This document shows positions 1-14,327 of a stretch of 64,000 nt of DNA, piece after piece. Source of the stretch: Antedon mediterranea (lineage: Eukaryota; Animalia; Echinodermata); contig NC_092672.1 in the NCBI RefSeq assembly GCF_964355755.1, forward strand, positions 8,990,001 to 9,054,000, read 5' to 3'. How positions within the stretch are numbered: position 1 is the first letter of the stretch; each line of letters starts with the position of its first letter. The position numbers and the translations under genes are program-made. The notes beneath the pieces were generated by a model. The model made no database searches, was not told the origin of the DNA, and saw nothing but the letters and a program-made list of their open reading frames with translations.

Positions 1-250
1 AACTTTCTTTCTTTCTTTACCCATAAATATAAATTATAAACATTGTAACATACAAATAATAATAATAATTATTATATTAAGGGAAGGGCTAAAAAAAATA
101 GTTAAAACTAATCAAGTTCAGCCCCTAAACATTGAATATAAGCCAAATAAAATCAATCGAACATAACAAGGTAAGTATCGAATGAACCAATTTTAATGAC
201 AAGATTAGGACTAATCGTAAGGTGATTGAAAATGTTTCCATTTTTTTCAG

Positions 251-2522
251 TCGATTCAAGATAACTTTATTATTAATTCAAACATATCAAAAGACTTTAT
301 CCGAAAGGCAAGTCAAACAGTACAGAATACTGATAATACGAGTATACAAGCACAAACAAACTCAGGAGGTATGATTGATGTAATGAGATCATCTATTGGT
401 TTGAAGAATCCAGACAGAACTGTTAAAGTTGGTGATTTCTTTAGTGTAATAATCCAGGCACGTGATCAGTATGGTCAGAACTGCAAAGGAGGTGATTTTT
501 TCTTTGCAACTATTGGATCTGAAAGCAAAAACGCCTCGGGAAAAATAACCGACTTCAAAAACGGTACATATGAGGTGTTGTTCTTCGCCGGTTGGCCTGG
601 TGTCATCGACATTTACATTACGCTTGTTCACCCATCAGAAGCAGTGAATTTTATTGAACAGGAAATATGGCCTTTGGAGAAAAGGATTGTATGGAAAGGA
701 ATTTTTGGAAAAAATAAATCCGAAACAACAAAATGTAGTCTTGGTAATAGCAGAGATGAACACATAAATGAATGCAAGTATGTTCAGCCACTGGCCACGG
801 GAGAGACTGCGTTGTATTGTGATAAACCAAAGCACGCGTCATGTGATAGTTTGAATTGGATTAAGTCAGACACAAACTATGTGAATAGAAAATTTGCCAA
901 GTTCTATAAACCACACCAATTGATATTCTCTAAGTAAGTATATATTTTTTACATTAATAAACAAATATTAAACAAACATTATGCCAACCGCAAAAATAAT
1001 AGTCCTACACCCAAAAAAAAAAACGGGGAGACCATCAAGCCCTGCCGTTTTTTAGAGTTTGGTTTCTATTCAATAATTTTAATTCGTACTTTGCGAACAT
1101 ACACACAAAAGTGCATCTCAGTAATGTGAATTATATAATAGTAATTACTAACTAACTAACTTTGATTGGATAATACTTTGGCACAAACAAACTACGTCAG
1201 AGTAGGGCAAACATCTTACCTCTGACTTTACTACAGTATAAGCTTCCTGATGCAAAGCTGCTTTACGGTATTTATAAACAATAACTTTTAATTCATATTT
1301 TACAATGTTTACTTTAGGTATGTGACGTATATACGTCTGCTTGAAGGTACGACTTCACTAACAATAAGCAACACAAGTAAGAACAGGGCATTCCACTTTA
1401 TTTCTTTGATGGCCTTGGGTCATTGTAAAACTGCAGTATAGCATAATCACAATAGTTTAGTAATAATGTCAATCTTAATGCACACAACTTTGCGCTCCAC
1501 ATAATTACCCGACCGATTAAACACGCAGCTCCCGTAATTATGAAGCTATAGTAATCAGCGCAATTGTGTTTTACCAGGTACGACATTTTCACCTGAGTTG
1601 AGAAAGGAAAATTAAGCAAAGTGTCTTCCGATGAGCTTTGGCCTCACTCCCGCGATCGCGCGATCAGAAATTCCATCACACACACACACACCCATATATT
1701 CTGCATACAAAAAGAAGAAAATCTGATGATATTTAAATATTTTATTTGTTTTATTTAAGCTATGATGAGTAACATGCTACTACCAGAATGCAAGGCAGAT
1801 TTACCAAAGCCTCGTAGTGACGGGTTCTGGACAAACAATGTATGGACATCATTGCAATGCAAGACAAAACAATGGACAAAACAAGAAGTTTCCAAATGCA
1901 TAAACGGAAAACACATCGTTTTAATGGGTGATTCTACAACAAGACAGTGGACTGAACAGTTGCTGAAGTTTATGGGAGTTACAAGGAGTAAAAACACTAC
2001 TAAACCGAACACTAAGCACATCCAGCATCATAGTAATATTATGATGCTAGATTTCTATTTCCATCCGTATAGCATCGGTTCTATCATGCATATATATCGC
2101 GTCGGAAAATGGGAGTATGAAATATTAGATAATCTTAATTAGATACTTGCAATAACTACGTCATAATGGTGAGTCCCTGGGCTCATTATGTGCAATGGAC
2201 CAAAGAAAGTTTAATTGAAAGGTTGCATCTTTTGCGAGAGACACTTGTACGATTCATGAAACGTTGCCCGGGTGCAAAGATACTGATGAAGACTCCACAC
2301 CCTCGAAACCACAGTTCACAGATTTCGCTACTATATGGCAGCGATAAACTATTGTATCACATATACGAGCTATATTTTAGCATTTTCTCGGGGTTAGGTA
2401 TTCATATTTTAGATATCTGGGATATGAACTTATCGTATCCGAGTAGGAATACTATACACATGCCGACACCGGTTATATTGCAAGAACTCTTTTTGATGTT
2501 TTCGCATATATGTACTGTATAG
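251..2522 (+). pseudogene. NXPE: NXPE-family gene copy 1, 5' exons outside the window, frameshifted
   Basis: Exons 251-933, 1318-1376, 1760-2522. A 1-bp deletion near 2139 (CTTAATTAG vs CTTAATGTAG in other copies) gives a premature stop, splitting the last exon into ORFs 1762-2142 and 2166-2522. Confidence 0.8.
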
Positions 2523-2877
2523 GATAAAATATATTTTGATTGTTTGCAATGTATAACAACACCCTGTAATAAACAATTGCAATTCATATACAGTAGTAGT
2601 ATGATTCCAAAATAAATTCATTTCTGTGATATGTTCAAGATTTAAATTAGTGCAATATTTTAAAATTAATATAGGCATGTATTGAATGTTTATTTATTAA
2701 TAGCAACTATTAACATACAGTATTTATTTAATATTTAGGCCAATTCTATTTAAAATGTTATTAGTATTAGGCCTAAGATATTTATGTTCTACTTGCCTTG
2801 TGAACAATGGTTCAAATAAGTTTATTTATAATTCATAATTATATACTTTTCTGTTATGAATTTCCCGCCTCCCGTAC

Positions 2878-3007
2878 ACCCCTACCCCCATAAACCTCTA
2901 CCCCTATAAACCCTAGCCCCATAAACCTCTACCACCATAAACCTCTACCCCCATAAACCCCTACCCCCATAAACCCAACCCCCATAATCCCCTACCCCCA
3001 TAAACCT
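2878..3007. repeat. C-rich ~16-17 bp minisatellite (CCCCATAAWCCYCTAC)n, also at ~8012-8110, ~13097-13195 and ~18178-18276
   Basis: Direct tandem repeats are visible. There are more units in copy 1 than in copies 2-4. Confidence 0.9.
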
Positions 3008-4152
3008 CAATGACAGTTTAAACCAATTCATATTTGTGACTGAGATCATGTAGATAGTAAAAAATGAGAAAAACCTAACGTTTACAGTTGACAATAATCT
3101 TTCACATGCATGTACGGATTGAAGAATATTATGATCCAATAATAGCCTATAATTTATGTTGAATAAATTAACAATTAGACATCACTGTCTTTGGACTTTG
3201 GTATTGTTCGAAACAGAACTGGTGATAGTAAACCTTTGTCCCCTGGAACGTGGAGCCCTTTTTTGTCATCGCCTAACAACTTACTCTTGGACATGAAATA
3301 GCTTGTCACAATCACGTTACATGTGTATCATGGTTTTGTCGTAAGGGTATTCTTAATGCGTACGATGTATATTGTCTAGTTTTATAATTTACAATTTAGA
3401 GAGCACAATGTACACACAGTGTATCGATCAGGATTGATTGTATTATTAACGGCAGGTTAACTACACAGATTTGAACAATTGATACTACACTACGCATACC
3501 GAACTGGGAGTAATATTACTCCGTAGTAAAAAGTATGTGATAAAACAATTAGGACATAACTTGTCATCATTATAGCAAAACAATTAATACAACGATGATA
3601 TAGAGCGCTTTTAAACACTTAAAATATATTCCTGTCATGTGATTAGACGGTTATGGGTCACATGGCGTAAAATAGAGTACAGATCATTGTATTCATAATA
3701 CGAGGCACTCCAAAGTGGAGGTTAGGCTTTGTAGTTACTAATAATAACAAAGAAAACATTTTTATTTTAAAAAACATCGGTTATGGCAGGGTAGGTATTT
3801 TGTTGTAGGCTTTGTAACAACTTACGAATAATAAATCCAGAGTTGAGTTTTAGTAAATCAGCTCTGTGTCATTTTGACGGTGGAACTAGAAAATTAACCA
3901 ACTTAACACAGGTAAGTACTCAGTTATAAGCATAATGATGTAATATATACCCCAAGAGCACTAATTGGAGACTTACCAATGGAATACTGACTTTAGTGGT
4001 CAAACGTTGACATAAAGTAGGCTAGTACGAGAATCGAGACGTGATACTATTTTACTTCTTTTCAGATTGACGAATAAGGAATTCCTGTTTCTAAAGGTTC
4101 TAGCCTACTCATCAGCAGAAGCTGCAAATCAAAGTGCAATTTGACTTTCAAC

Positions 4153-6255
4153 ATGTTTTCAAAATTAACACTTTTCATCTCGGCATGCATTTCAGTTATT
4201 GTAATTGTAAGAATACGAATTCACCGTAGGCCTATCTAATAACATGAAACCGATTATGTTACGGTATCATGTCTTGTAACAATAATAATTCTTCAGTATC
4301 GTGTCTTCTGACAGCAACAGTAACATACCATAAGATTATAATTTAAATACTCAATCAGTAAATATTTTCATGAGGACGTAAACGCAACGCAAGCGTTTTA
4401 ACCAATGACAAGCGAAGTTATAGACAGTTAGCAATCACAAACGAATAAGCCATCGCTTGTGATTGGTCAATTCACTTGCGTTGCGTTACGTCCTTGCGTT
4501 GCGTCGCTAGTGGGAACCACGCTTAACTGTCTATAACTTTGCTTGTCATTGGTTAAAACGGTTGCCTTGCGTTTACGTCCTTGCGTTACGTTCTAGTGGG
4601 AATCAAGCTTTAAAAAAGATAAACATAGCCTAACAGTAGGTATTTATATTTTAGTTTTTATACGACCTCTTACACGAACTTTCTGCACCCGCACCTTTTA
4701 TCATTTTAAAATCTCATAGCCCTGGTAAAAAGCACACACTGGGATAATGTAGGCTAAATAGTGTAGACGATAACAATTCAATTAAAGAACGTATAATCTA
4801 ATACTCATGTTTTTTAGACTACATACACGTGGTCAACCCTAACCGTATATACTAAACGACCGTTGACGTTTTCATACCGGGACCATCTTAAAGCACAGGT
4901 AATTATCATGCGGCACCGTATGTTCATGTTTTATGGGAAGTTTAGATTCAAAATCGATTCCTAAATAAGACAACAATTATAGACACTATTTGAGGTATTG
5001 GTTGAAAAAATTATAAATTATCACTAAGGCCTATTAGTCGATTCTTAATTTCAATCTCATATCATTGATGAACATTAAATATAGATAAACTGTTGGAATA
5101 TTAGTAAATCAACTTTCTTTCTTTCTTTACCCATAAATATAAATTATAAACATTGTAACATACAAATAATAATAATAATTATTATATTAAGGGAAGGGCT
5201 AAAAAAATAGTTAAAACTAATCAAGTTCAGCCCCTAAACATTGAATATAAGCCAAATAAAATCAATCGAACATAACAAGGTAAGTATCGAATGAACCAAT
5301 TTTAATGACAAGATTAGGACTAATCGTAAGGTGATTGAAAATGTTTCCATTTTTTTCAGTCGATTCAAGATAACTTTATTATTAATTCAAACATATCAAA
5401 AGACTTTATCCGAAAGGCAAGTCAAACAGTACAGAATACTGATAATACGAGTATACAAGTACAAACAAACTCAGGAGGTATGATTGATGTAATGAGATCA
5501 TCTATTGGTTTGAAGAATCCAGACAGAACTGTTAAAGTTGGTGATTTCTTTAGTGTAATAATCCAGGCACGTGATCAGTATGGTCAGAACTGCAAAGGAG
5601 GTGATTTTTTCTTTGCAACTATTGGATCTGAAAGCAACAACGCCTCAGGAAAAATAACCGACTTCAAAAACGGTACATATGAGGTGTTGTTCTTCGCCGG
5701 TTGGCCTGGTGTCATCGACATTTACATTATGCTTGTTCATCCATCAGAAGCAGTGGATTTTATTGAACAGGAAATATGGCCTTTGGAGAAAAGGATTGTA
5801 TGGAAAGGAATTTTTGGAAAAAATAAATCCGAAACAACAAAATGTAGTCTTGGTAATAGCAGAGATGAACACATAAATGAATGCAAGTATGTTCAGCCAC
5901 TGGCCACGGGAGAGACTGCGTTGTATTGTGATAAACCAAAGCACGCGTCATGTGATAGTTTGAATTGGATTAAGTCAGACACAAACTATGTGAATAGAAA
6001 ATTTGCCAAGTTCTATAAACCACACCAATTGATATTCTCTAAGTAAGTATATATTTTTTACATTAATAAACAAATATTAAACAAACATTATGCCAACCAA
6101 AAAATAATAGTCCTACACCCAAAAAAAAAAACCGGGGAGACCATCAAGCCCTGCCGTTTTTTAGAGTTTGGTTTCTATTCAATAATTTTAATTCGTACTT
6201 TGCGAACATACACACAAAAGTGCATCTCAGTAATGTGAATTATATAATAGTAATT

Positions 6256-6294
<39 letters not shown>

Positions 6295-7657
6295 TTGATT
6301 GGATAATACTTTGGCACAAACAAACTACGTCAGAGTAGGGCAAACATCTTACCTCTGATCTTACTACAGTATAAGCTTCCTGATGCAAAGCTACTTTACG
6401 GTATTTATAAACAATAACTTTTAATTTATATTTTACAATGTTTGATTTAGGTCTGTGACGTATATACGTCTGCTTGAAGGTACGACTTCACTAACAATAA
6501 GCAACACAAGTAAGAATAGGGCATTCCACTTTATTTCTTTGATGACTTTGGGTCATTGTAAAACTGCAGTATAGCATAATCATAATAGTTTAGTAATAAT
6601 GTCAATCTTAATGCACACAGCTTTGCGCTCCACATAATTACCCAACCGATTAAACACGCAGCTCCCGTAATTATGAAGCTATAGTAATCAGCGCAATTGT
6701 GTTTTACCAGGTACGATATTTTCACCTGAGTTGAGAAAGGAAAATTAAGCAAAGTGTCTTGCGATGAGCTTTGCCTCACTCCCGCGATCGCGCGATCAGA
6801 AATTCCATCACACACACGCACACACCCATATATTCTGCATACAAAAAGAAGAAAATCTGATGATATTTAAATATTTTACTTGTTTTATTTAAGCTATGAT
6901 GAGTAACATGCTACTACCAGAATGCAAGGCAGATTTACCAAAGCCTCGTAGTGACGGGTTCTGGACAAACAATGTATGGACATCATTGCAATGCAAGACA
7001 AAACAATGGACAAAACAAGAAGTTTCCAAATGCATAAACGGAAAACACATTGTTTTAATGGGTGATTCTACAACAAGACAGTGGACTGAACATTTGCTGG
7101 CCTTTATGGGAGTTACAAGGAGTATCAACACTACTAAACCGAGCACTAAGCATATCCAGCATCATAGTAATATTATGATGCTAGATTTCTATTTCCATCC
7201 GTATAGCATCGGTTCTATCATGCATATATATCGCGTCGGAAAATGGGAGTATGAAATATTAGATAATCTTAATGTAGATACTTGCAATAATTACGTCATA
7301 ATGGTGAGTCCGTGGGCCCATTATGCGCAATGGACCAAAGAAAGTTTCATTGAAAGGTTGCATCTTTTGCGAGAGACACTTGTACGATTCATGAAACGTT
7401 GCCCGGGTGCAAAGATACTGATGAAGACTCCACACCCTCGAAACCACAGTTCACAGATTTCGCTACTATATGGCAGCGATAAACTTTTGTATGACATATA
7501 CGAGCTATATTTTAGCATTTTCTCGGGGTTAGGTATTCATATTTTAGATATCTGGGATATGAACTTATCGTATCCGAGTAGGAATACTATTCACATGCCG
7601 ACACCGGTTATATTGCAAGAACTCTTTTTGATGTTTTCACATATATGTACTGTATAG
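4153..7657 (+). CDS. NXPE: NXPE-family (neurexophilin and PC-esterase domain) protein copy 2, intact, 546 aa
   Basis: GT-AG exons 4153-4206 (MFSKLTLFISACISVIVI signal anchor), 4818-4898, 5360-6042, 6451-6509 and 6894-7657 join in frame (1641 nt). Motifs: GGDFF..GKITDFKNGTY..LVHPSEAV, MGDSTTRQW (GDS serine), DIWDM and IH..MFSHIC at the C-terminus. Confidence 0.9.
4373..4610. mobile_element. Composite of two partial copies of a Harbinger-like MITE in NXPE intron 1 (repeated in each unit)
   Basis: Matches the full MITE at 40968-41146 in both orientations. The two parts end in CTAGTGGGAACCACGCT and CTAGTGGGAATCAAGCT. Confidence 0.75.
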
Positions 7658-9242
7658 GATAAAACTATTTGATTGTTTGCAATGTATAACAACACCCTGT
7701 AATAAACAATTGCAATTCATATACAGTAGTAGTATGATTCCAACATAAATTCATTTCTGTGATATGTTCAAGATTTAAATTAGTGCAATATTTTAAAATT
7801 AATATAGGCATGTATTGAATGTTTATCTTATTAATAGCAACTATTAACATACAGTATTTATTTAATATTTAGGCCAATTCTATTTAAAATGTTATTAGTA
7901 TTAGGCCTAAGATATTTATGTTCTACTTGCCTTGTGAACAATAGTTCAAATAAGTTTATTTATAATTCATAATTATATACTTTTCTGTTATGAATTTCCC
8001 GCCTCCCGTACACCCCTACCCCCATAATCCCCTACCCCCATAAACCTCTACCCCCATAATCCCCTACCCCCATAATCCCCTACCCCCATAATCCCCAACC
8101 CCCATAAACCTCAATGACAGTTTAAACCAATTCATATTTGTGACTGAGATCATGTAGATAGTAGAAAATGAGAAAAACGTAACGTTTACAATTGACAATA
8201 TAATCTTTCACATGTATGTACGGATTGAAGAATATTATGATCCAATAATAGCCTATAATTTATGTTGAATAAATTAACAATTAGACATCACTGTCTTTGG
8301 TATTGTTCGAAGCAGAACTGGTGATAGTAAACCTTTGTCCCCTGGAACGTGGAGCCTTGTTTTGTCATCGCCTAACAACTTACTCTTGGACATGAAATAG
8401 CTTGTCACAATCAAGTTACATGTGTATCATGGTTTTGTCGTAAGGGTATCCTGCGTACCATGTGTATTTTCTAGTTTTATAATTTACAATTTAGGGAGCA
8501 CAATGTACACACAGTGTATTGATCAGGATTGATTGTATTATTAACGGCAGGTTAACTACACAGATTTGAACAATTGATACTACGCATACCGAACTGGGAG
8601 TAATATTACTCCGTAGTAAAAAGTATGTGATAAAACAATTAGGACATAACTTGTCATCATTATAGCAAAACAATTAATACAACGATGATATAGAGCGCTT
8701 TTAAACACTTAAAATATATTCCTGTCATGTGATTAGACGGTTATGGGTCACATGGCGTAAAATAGAGTACAGATCATTGTATTCATAATACGAGGCACTC
8801 CAAAGTGGAGGTTAGGCTTTGTAGTTACTAATAATAACAAAGAAAACATTTTTATTTTAAAAAACATCGGTTATGGCAGGGTAGGTATTTTGTTGTAGGC
8901 TTTGTAACAACTTACGAATAATAAATCCAGAGTTGAGTTTTAGTAAATCAGCTCTGTGTCATTTTGACGGTGGAACTAGAAAATTAACCAACTTAACACA
9001 GGTAAGTACTCAGTTATAAGCATAATGATGTAATATATACCCCAAGAGCACTAATTGGAGACTTACCAATGGAATACTGACTTTAGTGGTCAAACGTTGA
9101 CATAAAGTAGGCTAGTACGAGAATCGAGACGTGATACTATTTTACTTCTTTTCAGATTGACGAATAAGGAATTCCTGTTTCTAAAGGTTCTAGCCTACTC
9201 ATCAGCAGAAGCTGCAAATCAAAGTGCAATTTGACTTTCAAC

Positions 9243-11344
9243 ATGTTTTCAAAATTAACACTTTTCATCTCGGCATGCATTTCAGTTATTGTAATTGTAA
9301 GAATACGAATTCACCGTAGGCCTATCTAATAACATGAAACCGATTATGTTACGGTATCATGTCTTGTAACAATAATAATTCTTCAGTATCGTGTCTTCTG
9401 ACAGCAACAGTAACATACCATAAGATTATAATTTAAATACTCAATCAGTAAATATTTTCATGAGGACGTAAACGCAACGCAAGCGTTTTAACCAATGACA
9501 AGCGAAGTTATAGACAGTTAGCAATCACAAACGAATAAGCCATCGCTTGTGATTGGTCAATTCACTTGCGTTGCGTTACGTCCTTGCGTTGCGTCGCTAG
9601 TGGGAACCACGCTTAACTGTCTATAACTTTGCTTGTCATTGGTTAAAACGGTTGCCTTGCGTTTACGTCCTTGCGTTACGTTCTAGTGGGAATCAAGCTT
9701 TAAAAAAGATAAACATAGCCTAACAGTAGGTATTTATATTTTAGTTTTTATACGACCTCTTACACGAACTTTCTGCACCCGCACCTTTTATCATTTTAAA
9801 ATCTCATAGCCCTGGTAAAAAGCACACACTGGGATAATGTAGGCTAAATAGTGTAGACGATAACAATTCAATTAAAGAACGTATAATCTAATACTCATGT
9901 TTTTTAGACTACATACACGTGGTCAACCCTAACCGTATATACTAAACGACCGTTGACGTTTTCATACCGGGACCATCTTAAAGCACAGGTAATTATCATG
10001 CGGCACCGTATGTTCATGTTTTATGGGAAGTTTAGATTCAAAATCGATTCCTAAATAAGACAACAATTATAGACACTATTTGAGGTATTGGTTGAAAAAA
10101 TTATAAATTATCACTAAGGCCTATTAGTCGATTCTTAATTTCAATCTCATATCATTGATGAACATTAAATATAGATAAACTGTTGGAATATTAGTAAATC
10201 AACTTTCTTTCTTTCTTTACCCATAAATATAAATTATAAACATTGTAACATACAAATAATAATAATAATTATTATATTAAGGGAAGGGCTAAAAAAATAG
10301 TTAAAACTAATCAAGTTCAGCCCCTAAACATTGAATATAAGCCAAATAAAATCAATCGAACATAACAAGGTAAGTATCGAATGAACCAATTTTAATGACA
10401 AGATTAGGACTAATCGTAAGGTGATTGAAAATGTTTCCATTTTTTTCAGTCGATTCAAGATAACTTTATTATTAATTCAAACATATCAAAAGACTTTATC
10501 CGAAAGGCAAGTCAAACAGTACAGAATACTGATAATACGAGTATACAAGTACAAACAAACTCAGGAGGTATGATTGATGTAATGAGATCATCTATTGGTT
10601 TGAAGAATCCAGACAGAACTGTTAAAGTTGGTGATTTCTTTAGTGTAATAATCCAGGCACGTGATCAGTATGGTCAGAACTGCAAAGGAGGTGATTTTTT
10701 CTTTGCAACTATTGGATCTGAAAGCAACAACGCCTCAGGAAAAATAACCGACTTCAAAAACGGTACATATGAGGTGTTGTTCTTCGCCGGTTGGCCTGGT
10801 GTCATCGACATTTACATTATGCTTGTTCATCCATCAGAAGCAGTGGATTTTATTGAACAGGAAATATGGCCTTTGGAGAAAAGGATTGTATGGAAAGGAA
10901 TTTTTGGAAAAAATAAATCCGAAACAACAAAATGTAGTCTTGGTAATAGCAGAGATGAACACATAAATGAATGCAAGTATGTTCAGCCACTGGCCACGGG
11001 AGAGACTGCGTTGTATTGTGATAAACCAAAGCACGCGTCATGTGATAGTTTGAATTGGATTAAGTCAGACACAAACTATGTGAATAGAAAATTTGCCAAG
11101 TTCTATAAACCACACCAATTGATATTCTCTAAGTAAGTATATATTTTTTACATTAATAAACAAATATTAAACAAACATTATGCCAACCAAAAAATAATAG
11201 TCCTACACCCAAAAAAAAAACCGGGGAGACCATCAAGCCCTGCCGTTTTTTAGAGTTTGGTTTCTATTCAATAATTTTAATTCGTACTTTGCGAACATAC
11301 ACACAAAAGTGCATCTCAGTAATGTGAATTATATAATAGTAATT

Positions 11345-11379
<35 letters not shown>

Positions 11380-12742
11380 TTGATTGGATAATACTTTGGC
11401 ACAAACAAACTACGTCAGAGTAGGGCAAACATCTTACCTCTGATCTTACTACAGTATAAGCTTCCTGATGCAAAGCTACTTTACGGTATTTATAAACAAT
11501 AACTTTTAATTTATATTTTACAATGTTTGATTTAGGTCTGTGACGTATATACGTCTGCTTGAAGGTACGACTTCACTAACAATAAGCAACACAAGTAAGA
11601 ATAGGGCATTCCACTTTATTTCTTTGATGACTTTGGGTCATTGTAAAACTGCAGTATAGCATAATCATAATAGTTTAGTAATAATGTCAATCTTAATGCA
11701 CACAGCTTTGCGCTCCACATAATTACCCAACCGATTAAACACGCAGCTCCCGTAATTATGAAGCTATAGTAATCAGCGCAATTGTGTTTTACCAGGTACG
11801 ATATTTTCACCTGAGTTGAGAAAGGAAAATTAAGCAAAGTGTCTTGCGATGAGCTTTGCCTCACTCCCGCGATCGCGCGATCAGAAATTCCATCACACAC
11901 ACGCACACACCCATATATTCTGCATACAAAAAGAAGAAAATCTGATGATATTTAAATATTTTACTTGTTTTATTTAAGCTATGATGAGTAACATGCTACT
12001 ACCAGAATGCAAGGCAGATTTACCAAAGCCTCGTAGTGACGGGTTCTGGACAAACAATGTATGGACATCATTGCAATGCAAGACAAAACAATGGACAAAA
12101 CAAGAAGTTTCCAAATGCATAAACGGAAAACACATTGTTTTAATGGGTGATTCTACAACAAGACAGTGGACTGAACATTTGCTGGCCTTTATGGGAGTTA
12201 CAAGGAGTATCAACACTACTAAACCGAGCACTAAGCATATCCAGCATCATAGTAATATTATGATGCTAGATTTCTATTTCCATCCGTATAGCATCGGTTC
12301 TATCATGCATATATATCGCGTCGGAAAATGGGAGTATGAAATATTAGATAATCTTAATGTAGATACTTGCAATAATTACGTCATAATGGTGAGTCCGTGG
12401 GCCCATTATGCGCAATGGACCAAAGAAAGTTTCATTGAAAGGTTGCATCTTTTGCGAGAGACACTTGTACGATTCATGAAACGTTGCCCGGGTGCAAAGA
12501 TACTGATGAAGACTCCACACCCTCGAAACCACAGTTCACAGATTTCGCTACTATATGGCAGCGATAAACTTTTGTATGACATATACGAGCTATATTTTAG
12601 CATTTTCTCGGGGTTAGGTATTCATATTTTAGATATCTGGGATATGAACTTATCGTATCCGAGTAGGAATACTATTCACATGCCGACACCGGTTATATTG
12701 CAAGAACTCTTTTTGATGTTTTCACATATATGTACTGTATAG
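9243..12742 (+). CDS. NXPE: NXPE-family protein copy 3, intact
   Basis: Exons 9243-9296, 9908-9988, 10450-11132, 11536-11594 and 11979-12742. ORF translations are identical to copy 2. Confidence 0.9.
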
Positions 12743-14327
12743 GATAAAACTATTTGATTGTTTGCAATGTATAACAACACCCTGTAATAAACAATTGCAA
12801 TTCATATACAGTAGTAGTATGATTCCAACATAAATTCATTTCTGTGATATGTTCAAGATTTAAATTAGTGCAATATTTTAAAATTAATATAGGCATGTAT
12901 TGAATGTTTATCTTATTAATAGCAACTATTAACATACAGTATTTATTTAATATTTAGGCCAATTCTATTTAAAATGTTATTAGTATTAGGCCTAAGATAT
13001 TTATGTTCTACTTGCCTTGTGAACAATAGTTCAAATAAGTTTATTTATAATTCATAATTATATACTTTTCTGTTATGAATTTCCCGCCTCCCGTACACCC
13101 CTACCCCCATAATCCCCTACCCCCATAAACCTCTACCCCCATAATCCCCTACCCCCATAATCCCCTACCCCCATAATCCCCAACCCCCATAAACCTCAAT
13201 GACAGTTTAAACCAATTCATATTTGTGACTGAGATCATGTAGATAGTAGAAAATGAGAAAAACGTAACGTTTACAATTGACAATATAATCTTTCACATGT
13301 ATGTACGGATTGAAGAATATTATGATCCAATAATAGCCTATAATTTATGTTGAATAAATTAACAATTAGACATCACTGTCTTTGGTATTGTTCGAAGCAG
13401 AACTGGTGATAGTAAACCTTTGTCCCCTGGAACGTGGAGCCTTGTTTTGTCATCGCCTAACAACTTACTCTTGGACATGAAATAGCTTGTCACAATCAAG
13501 TTACATGTGTATCATGGTTTTGTCGTAAGGGTATCCTGCGTACCATGTGTATTTTCTAGTTTTATAATTTACAATTTAGGGAGCACAATGTACACACAGT
13601 GTATTGATCAGGATTGATTGTATTATTAACGGCAGGTTAACTACACAGATTTGAACAATTGATACTACGCATACCGAACTGGGAGTAATATTACTCCGTA
13701 GTAAAAAGTATGTGATAAAACAATTAGGACATAACTTGTCATCATTATAGCAAAACAATTAATACAACGATGATATAGAGCGCTTTTAAACACTTAAAAT
13801 ATATTCCTGTCATGTGATTAGACGGTTATGGGTCACATGGCGTAAAATAGAGTACAGATCATTGTATTCATAATACGAGGCACTCCAAAGTGGAGGTTAG
13901 GCTTTGTAGTTACTAATAATAACAAAGAAAACATTTTTATTTTAAAAAACATCGGTTATGGCAGGGTAGGTATTTTGTTGTAGGCTTTGTAACAACTTAC
14001 GAATAATAAATCCAGAGTTGAGTTTTAGTAAATCAGCTCTGTGTCATTTTGACGGTGGAACTAGAAAATTAACCAACTTAACACAGGTAAGTACTCAGTT
14101 ATAAGCATAATGATGTAATATATACCCCAAGAGCACTAATTGGAGACTTACCAATGGAATACTGACTTTAGTGGTCAAACGTTGACATAAAGTAGGCTAG
14201 TACGAGAATCGAGACGTGATACTATTTTACTTCTTTTCAGATTGACGAATAAGGAATTCCTGTTTCTAAAGGTTCTAGCCTACTCATCAGCAGAAGCTGC
14301 AAATCAAAGTGCAATTTGACTTTCAAC

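Noticed and set aside
6531-6821. 96-aa minus-strand ORF conserved in each array unit, and other short antisense ORFs
   Set aside because: Intronic or antisense shadows, conserved only because the units are near-identical. No recognisable domain.
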